Assembly: GCA_011174825.1 (NCBI GenBank)
Contig: DUEZ01000078.1
Location: forward strand, 27,947 to 91,946
Direction: 5' to 3'
DNA length: 64,000 nt
From: Anaerolineae bacterium
Lineage (GTDB): Bacteria; Chloroflexota; Anaerolineae; Anaerolineales; E44-bin32
The position numbers and the translations under genes are program-made. The notes under the pieces were generated by a model. That model saw only the letters and a program-made list of their open reading frames with translations. It made no database searches and was not told the origin of the DNA. Below, piece after piece: positions 58,735 through 64,000 of the stretch (position 1 is its first letter; each line of letters begins with the position of its first letter).

Positions 58735-60990
58735 TTATAAATTTGAGTACCCGCTTGTGGGGCGCCGGAGCAACCGCATTCCGTTAAGAGTGACCAATAA
58801 AGATGTGCCCATATCAGCGAGCACTGCCATCCACATCGTCCCGAAACCTAAGAGGACCAGGATCAAGAACGCCAATTTGGTTAGCAAGCTCAAACCCACA
58901 TTCGTACGGATCGTGCGCATGGTCGCGCGGCTTAGTCTGAGAAGAAAAGGAAGCTGCCGTAGATCTTCACTCATCAGCGTAATGTCAGAGGTTTCCATCG
59001 CTTGAGCCGTACCCCCCAAAGCGCCCCCGATGGCAATACCAATATCAGCCGTTGCCAATGCAGGTGCGTCATTGATGCCATCTCCGACCATTGCTACATG
59101 ACCGTACTCCTTCTGTAAGTGATTAACTGCTACAACTTTCTCCTCCGGCATCAATTCGCTGCGTACCTCAGTAACACCTACTTGAGCACCGATTGTTTCG
59201 GCTGCAGAGCGGTTATCCCCCGTAAGCATAACGAGGGTTTTGATACCGATATGTTTAAGGATCTCAATCGCCTCACGGCTTGTGGCTCGGATGGTATCGG
59301 CTAGAGCAATGGCGCCTTGGAATTCGCCATCTTTCTCGATCATGACGGTGGTGTAACTATTTAAGGCGTCCTCTTGTGCCTGAAGGCAATCGTCCTCAGG
59401 GTGAAAGATAAAACGATCAAAGTGATTGTGACTTCCAATCGTCACTTGCTGACCATCCACTCGACCCATAACGCCATGACCGACCATCGCTCTTACACCC
59501 TCAGCCGCAGGGTATTTTAATCCCAGATTTCTCTTGTTTGCTTCGTGGATGATGGCATCTGCTACAGGGTGCTCACTGTGTGCTTCAACCGCGCTGGCCA
59601 AAGCTAACAAATCATCACATTCCTCACATAGAGGAGATCCGTAGGGTGAGTGGGATTTTAAATCAGGCATCCGACAATTCACGGAACGAACGGAAACAAC
59701 AGACGGTCTACCTTCTGTGAGCGTGCCGGTTTTGTCAAACGCTATTGCCTCAACCCGACTAAGTGCCTCGAGATGGGCCCCGCCCTTAACCAGGATCCCA
59801 TTCCTTGCAGCATTGCTGATCGCACTGATGATGCTGACAGGTGTGCTTATGACGAGCGCACATGGGCATGCAACAACCAATAACGCCAGACCGCGGTAGA
59901 GCCAACCAAAGGAGCCCGACGCAGGATTGAGAAAGGGTTGATCAAAGAAAAGGGGAGGAATGACTGCTACAACGGCAGCAAGGAGGACGACGATTGGGGT
60001 GTAATACCTGGCAAATCGATCTACAAATCTCTGAGCAGGTGCCTTCTTCTCTTGGGCTTCCTCGACCATCTTGACCAAACGGCTGATGGTGTTGTTCGCA
60101 GCAATGCGGGTTACCTCGATCGTCAGTGCTCCCTCACCATTGATGCTGCTTGCCAGGACTTCGGATCCCACGATTTTTTCAACCAGTCTGCCCTCACCAG
60201 TGATAGGGGCTTGATTGACCGATGAGGCCCCCTTAACTACGCGACCATCCATGGGTATTCGTTCGCCTGGCTTGACCAAGATCAAATTCCCGACCTGCAA
60301 AGTCTCCACGGAAACCAGGATTTCACGAACGTGGCCATCATGCTCATGTACGATCGTTGCTCGCTGAGGGACAACTTCCACCAGACTCTTGATTGAAGTG
60401 CGAGCTTTCTCGGTCACATACCCTTCTAACGCCTCTCCGAAGGCGAATAACACAATCACCATCCCCGCTTCGGTGTACGCGCCGATGAGCAAAGCCCCGA
60501 TGGCAGCGATGGTCATAAGGACATTGATGTTGATATCAAACCCTCTTCGTAGCGACCGCCAGGCGCTGCGAGCGATTGGGAAACCCGCAGTTATGTAGGC
60601 TGCAATGGACGCAAGATCAATGATGATGTGGTGTTGACCTAAGATCTCGCTAAAGATCACGCCCGGGAGGATCAATACCGCTCCGAGGATAGCTAAGCGT
60701 GTATCTAGGCTCCTCCACATATAATGGAAAAAACCTGTCGGCTTATGTGGTTCCTGCAATCCAATCGTCTTATCTCCCTGCTCAACGATGTTGTAACCCA
60801 ATTTTTCTACTCGCGTGATGACATCCCTATGTTGTATTGGTCCTACGATACGTAATCGACCCGTGAAAGGGTTAAACTCACAAGATCGCACGCCTTCCAT
60901 CGAGCTGACCTCGCCTTCGATCTCGCTCACATCACAAGCACAATCGGCGCCTGTTAGGGAAAGTGAGAATTCGTTTTCCGAACCTTCCAT
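58735..60990 (-). CDS. Heavy-metal P1B ATPase (ZntA/CadA-like)
   Basis: N-terminal HMA domain, TGE, CPC, DKTGT, SEHP, GDGINDAP, and TM Lys/Asp (TK..., LADMG). Confidence 0.93.
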   Translation of the reverse strand: MEGSENEFSLSLTGADCACDVSEIEGEVSSMEGVRSCEFNPFTGRLRIVGPIQHRDVITRVEKLGYNIVEQGDKTIGLQEPHKPTGFFHYMWRSLDTRLAILGAVLILPGVIFSEILGQHHIIIDLASIAAYITAGFPIARSAWRSLRRGFDININVLMTIAAIGALLIGAYTEAGMVIVLFAFGEALEGYVTEKARTSIKSLVEVVPQRATIVHEHDGHVREILVSVETLQVGNLILVKPGERIPMDGRVVKGASSVNQAPITGEGRLVEKIVGSEVLASSINGEGALTIEVTRIAANNTISRLVKMVEEAQEKKAPAQRFVDRFARYYTPIVVLLAAVVAVIPPLFFDQPFLNPASGSFGWLYRGLALLVVACPCALVISTPVSIISAISNAARNGILVKGGAHLEALSRVEAIAFDKTGTLTEGRPSVVSVRSVNCRMPDLKSHSPYGSPLCEECDDLLALASAVEAHSEHPVADAIIHEANKRNLGLKYPAAEGVRAMVGHGVMGRVDGQQVTIGSHNHFDRFIFHPEDDCLQAQEDALNSYTTVMIEKDGEFQGAIALADTIRATSREAIEILKHIGIKTLVMLTGDNRSAAETIGAQVGVTEVRSELMPEEKVVAVNHLQKEYGHVAMVGDGINDAPALATADIGIAIGGALGGTAQAMETSDITLMSEDLRQLPFLLRLSRATMRTIRTNVGLSLLTKLAFLILVLLGFGTMWMAVLADMGTSLLVTLNGMRLLRRPTSGYSNL

Positions 60991-61120
60991 CGTGTCTCCT
61001 AAACTTCAATAAACCAGAATGACCCTTTCATGTCGCTATTATAACAAATCGGACAATATTATACCAATTTGCTCGTTGAATTTCTGTGATGTTGTTCACA
61101 TTAAGTGGACTTCATGAGTA

Positions 61121-61208
61121 TCAACGGCGGCCCTTCGGCATTGCTCAGGACGAGCGTGGGAGCCGCCTCTACTCTTAAGAATAGTAAGCCGGGCTCCCAC
61201 GCCCGGCT
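61121..61208. repeat. REP doublet downstream of RAYT, carrying a 24-bp insert
   Basis: Near-direct repeat of 61795-61857. Confidence 0.85.
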
Positions 61209-61268
61209 GAGTTTCGGTAGGTTGAATTATCCAGTTTGTAAGCAATCGACAATCATCCATCTAGATAT

Positions 61269-61778
61269 TCACTCAAACCACCTTTTGTATTTTGAGAATA
61301 GCTCAATGAGAAACTCATCACCCTCCCTCGTCCGCCACTCATCAATATTTGAGAATTCAAACGGCTCGAGTGGATCATGTACTTCACCTGCACGCCATGG
61401 GTTGAAGAGTGTATAGGCCACTTTCTGCCAATACATCTCCTCGTCTCGAATGACGACATCCCATGGATTACCCTCCCAAACCTTTCTTTTCTTCTCAAAA
61501 CCTAACTGATTGTTTACTAGTGTGGCTGTGTAAGAATGTACTGCGTGTAATACCTGAGAAATGGTTTATAAGTTGCCAATACTGAGCACCGTATGATAGT
61601 GATCATGCAAAACACAATAGGCATCTAATTTGAACGCAAACGCTTCTTCATAGTGCTTCCACTGATCAACGATAATTTTTGCCAAACGACGATCAGAAAA
61701 AATTGGTCTCCGTTTGTGGGTGGCACTTGTAATGAAATAGCATTGATCGGGGACAATAATGCGTCTACTTCTAATCAT
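61269..61778 (-). pseudogene. REP-associated tyrosine transposase (RAYT, HUH Y1) with in-frame TAA
   Basis: YFITSAT..R.PIF, AYCVLHDHYH, TAA at 61566-61568, then same-frame ...KVWEG...VIRD...AYTLFNPWRAG...SN; 170 codons in total. Confidence 0.9.
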
Positions 61779-61794
61779 TGGATTTCAGATTGAT

Positions 61795-61857
61795 CAACGG
61801 CGGCGTGGGAGCCGCCTCTGCTCTTAAGAATAATAGGCCGGGCGTGGAAGCCCGGCC
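61795..61857. repeat. REP doublet upstream of RAYT
   Basis: GGCGGC-GTGGGA-GCCGCC and GCCGGGC-GTGGAA-GCCCGGC separated by a spacer containing TCTTAAGA. Confidence 0.85.
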
Positions 61858-61936
61858 AAATCCCTGCCGATATTCGTCCAATCTGCCCCGAAAAATGTGG
61901 TTTCAGGAGCATCAACGATAAAGTAAAGCCAAAAGA

Positions 61937-62959
61937 TCAACTCGCTTCGGCTTCCATCTCCCTGGTATATCGCCCATCACGCGCAGCGCCATTGCACTTT
62001 GCACGGTGGTAGAGGGCAGCTTGTCCGGCAGCCATCTTTGCGGGATCACCCTGCCAGGCATCTAAGGCTGTTTCTTGCAGCGCCCTGCCATAGGAGAAAC
62101 TTAATTGCCACGGATGATCGCCCATTACATTCATGGCATTTAATCGCTCTGTAGCTTCGAGATAAGTCATCCCTCCAGATAAGAAGACAACACCCGGCAT
62201 GGAGGGTGGGACAGTATTGCGCAGGGAGTTTACTGTAATCTCAGCTATCTCTTCAACATCAGCCTGCCTGGGATGATCCTTACCTGGTAGAACCATGTTC
62301 GTCTTCAGCAGGAGACCATCGCTCGCCACACGGTGCTTATGAAGCGCCGTGAATAGGCCGGACCAAGTTCGCTCCGAAACCTGACCACAGCGGGAAATAT
62401 CATGATCACCATCCAGCAATACTTCTGGTTCGACGATCGGAACGAGGCCAGCTTCCTGACAAAGCGCAGCGTATCTTGCTAACGCATAGGCGTTCGCGTC
62501 GATACAAGCACCGGTTGGTATATCCTCCCCAATGGTGATAACAGCTCGCCATTTCGCGAAACGCGCACCCAGCTCATAATATTCAATAAGCCGTTCACGC
62601 AATCCATCCAAACCCTCGGTGATTTTTTCTCCCGGGAATCCTGCCAAAGCCTTAGCCCCTTTATCAACCTTGATCCCAGGAATGATTCCCTTTTCGGATA
62701 GCACCTCAACAAAGGGTGTACCTTCCGCAGTGGCATGTCGAATGGTTTCGTCAAACAGAATCACACCACTAATGTGTCGCTCCAGGTTTGGGGTGGTAAA
62801 AAGCATCTCACGATAAGACCGCCGCGCCTCTTCCGTCGACTCGACGTTGATCCGATCGAAACGTTTCTTGATCGTGCCGAGGCTTTCGTCCGCTGCTAAA
62901 ATGCCTTTCCCAGGGGAGACTAGATCTAAGGCAGTTTTTACTAATTCGCTTTGTGTCAT
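61937..62959 (-). CDS. Class I fructose-bisphosphate aldolase
   Basis: KGILAADES, GIKVDKG, FAKWR, VPIVEPEV, FLSGG and FSYGRALQ motifs. Confidence 0.96.
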   Translation of the reverse strand: MTQSELVKTALDLVSPGKGILAADESLGTIKKRFDRINVESTEEARRSYREMLFTTPNLERHISGVILFDETIRHATAEGTPFVEVLSEKGIIPGIKVDKGAKALAGFPGEKITEGLDGLRERLIEYYELGARFAKWRAVITIGEDIPTGACIDANAYALARYAALCQEAGLVPIVEPEVLLDGDHDISRCGQVSERTWSGLFTALHKHRVASDGLLLKTNMVLPGKDHPRQADVEEIAEITVNSLRNTVPPSMPGVVFLSGGMTYLEATERLNAMNVMGDHPWQLSFSYGRALQETALDAWQGDPAKMAAGQAALYHRAKCNGAARDGRYTREMEAEAS

Positions 62960-63236
62960 GGTCGGTATCCCTCCTTCTCTACCAATTTTACCTCCGCCTC
63001 CATAAAAGAATCCATTCACTTCTAAATTTGGAAAGAAGTGTCATGACCTTGTCAGGTTGAGCGTGCTTCAATTGAAGATCGAAAAAAGATGAGAAAGAAA
63101 ACCCCTACCAACACTCAATCGCGAGACAAAAATCGATCTAGTGTAGATCTATACCTCAAGCGATCTGAGACCATGGTGAAAGATTGAATCCCTCAAGCAT
63201 CGATATAGGCATCTATGATCCGATGTTCTGGAATCT

Positions 63237-63476
63237 TTACGTTCTATTAGCAGAGAGGATATAGATACGCTTGGGAGCAGAGATCACCCCACAGACGCCG
63301 CGAACCGGGCACAAATCGCACGTACTGCTCTCGATCTCATCCAATTTACCCATATTGACAAGCAGATCCAATGCACCTTCTACCACTCTTGGATTTTTGC
63401 CGAGTCTCTGAACGATCTCCTCCAAACACAAACCTCTCGTTGTATTCCCAAACTCCGTAAGGATCTGGCTCAACAT
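63237..63476 (-). CDS. feoC: FeoC-like winged-helix protein with Cys motif
   Basis: wHTH plus CDLCPVRGVC, directly downstream of feoB. Confidence 0.75.
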   Translation of the reverse strand: MLSQILTEFGNTTRGLCLEEIVQRLGKNPRVVEGALDLLVNMGKLDEIESSTCDLCPVRGVCGVISAPKRIYILSANRT

Positions 63477-63574
63477 CTCGATTCCCTGAAGACTATTGAT
63501 CTATCAATTCGCAGTTTAAGCTCGAAAAAGAAACGCGCGTTTTCTGTCTCATTCAGTAAGCCATCGGTGGACTT

Positions 63575-64000
63575 TTATGCATATCCAAGAAGTCGGCCAA
63601 TTTGGTAGACAATGACTGCGAGGAGCCAAGCAGTACCTGTTTGGTACACCGCAGCGAAGGCCGCCCAGTCCCAGCCAAATTCTCCACGAATGGTTGCCAG
63701 GGTCGCCACACATGGCACATAGAGCAAAACGAAGACCAAGAAAGCTACAGCCGATAGCGGTGAGAACACCTCCCGCAACGCTTCACTGAGTGCAGTGTCG
63801 TCTGTCTCTTCTTCTGTTTGAAAAATCGTTAACCCAGGCGTCAGAACCTCGACCAATTCCTTACCTGAGTCGATCGTCGCGTGATAAAAACCAGCACCGA
63901 TGCCCCAGAGGTCCTCAGCGAAAGACGATTTCTCCTGGACCTCTTCCCCTCTTTCTTCCCCGATATAGATTTGTGACATCGTCGATACAACGACCTCTTT
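63575..64000 (-). CDS. feoB: Ferrous iron transporter FeoB (3' part)
   Basis: KEVVVSTM at the window edge, FLVFVLLYVPCVAT and C-terminal VYQIG. Confidence 0.9.
   Translation of the reverse strand, partial: KEVVVSTMSQIYIGEERGEEVQEKSSFAEDLWGIGAGFYHATIDSGKELVEVLTPGLTIFQTEEETDDTALSEALREVFSPLSAVAFLVFVLLYVPCVATLATIRGEFGWDWAAFAAVYQTGTAWLLAVIVYQIGRLLGYA

Noticed and set aside
61566-61568. Programmed readthrough or recoding in the RAYT
   Set aside because: The stop is TAA rather than TGA/TAG, and other genes use all stop codons normally; a nonsense mutation or sequencing error is simpler.

Overview
A chromosomal window of mostly housekeeping genes, probably from an Anaerolineae-like Chloroflexota bacterium (inferred from gene content and protein style). 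It holds a glycogen operon (GH57 branching enzyme, glgA, malQ), etfBA, mtaB, msrP, yqeY-pgpH-ybeY-dgkA, a GAF/PAS histidine kinase and nrdR-nrdJ-dNK with tandem NrdR boxes. The dcw cluster runs mraZ to ftsZ, has no murE and carries three extra small genes. Also present: rnpB with an unusually long P19, four tRNAs, an orphan CcrM-like methyltransferase, htrA, hsp20, xth, a P1B ATPase, a RAYT pseudogene with flanking REPs, class I aldolase and feoC/feoB'. The most unusual signal is intergenic, where at least five families of tiny repeats occur. A 23-24 bp element (core GTCCTGAGC-N4-6-CGAAGG) is inserted into copies of itself three levels deep, twice, at 46546-46701, and once into a RAYT-flanking REP whose empty twin is visible at 61795. 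A roughly 119 bp MITE family has four copies, one of which duplicated an ATGA stop/start overlap as its target site. No CRISPR array, prophage or integrase was seen. All calls come from reading the sequence; no searches or folding were run.
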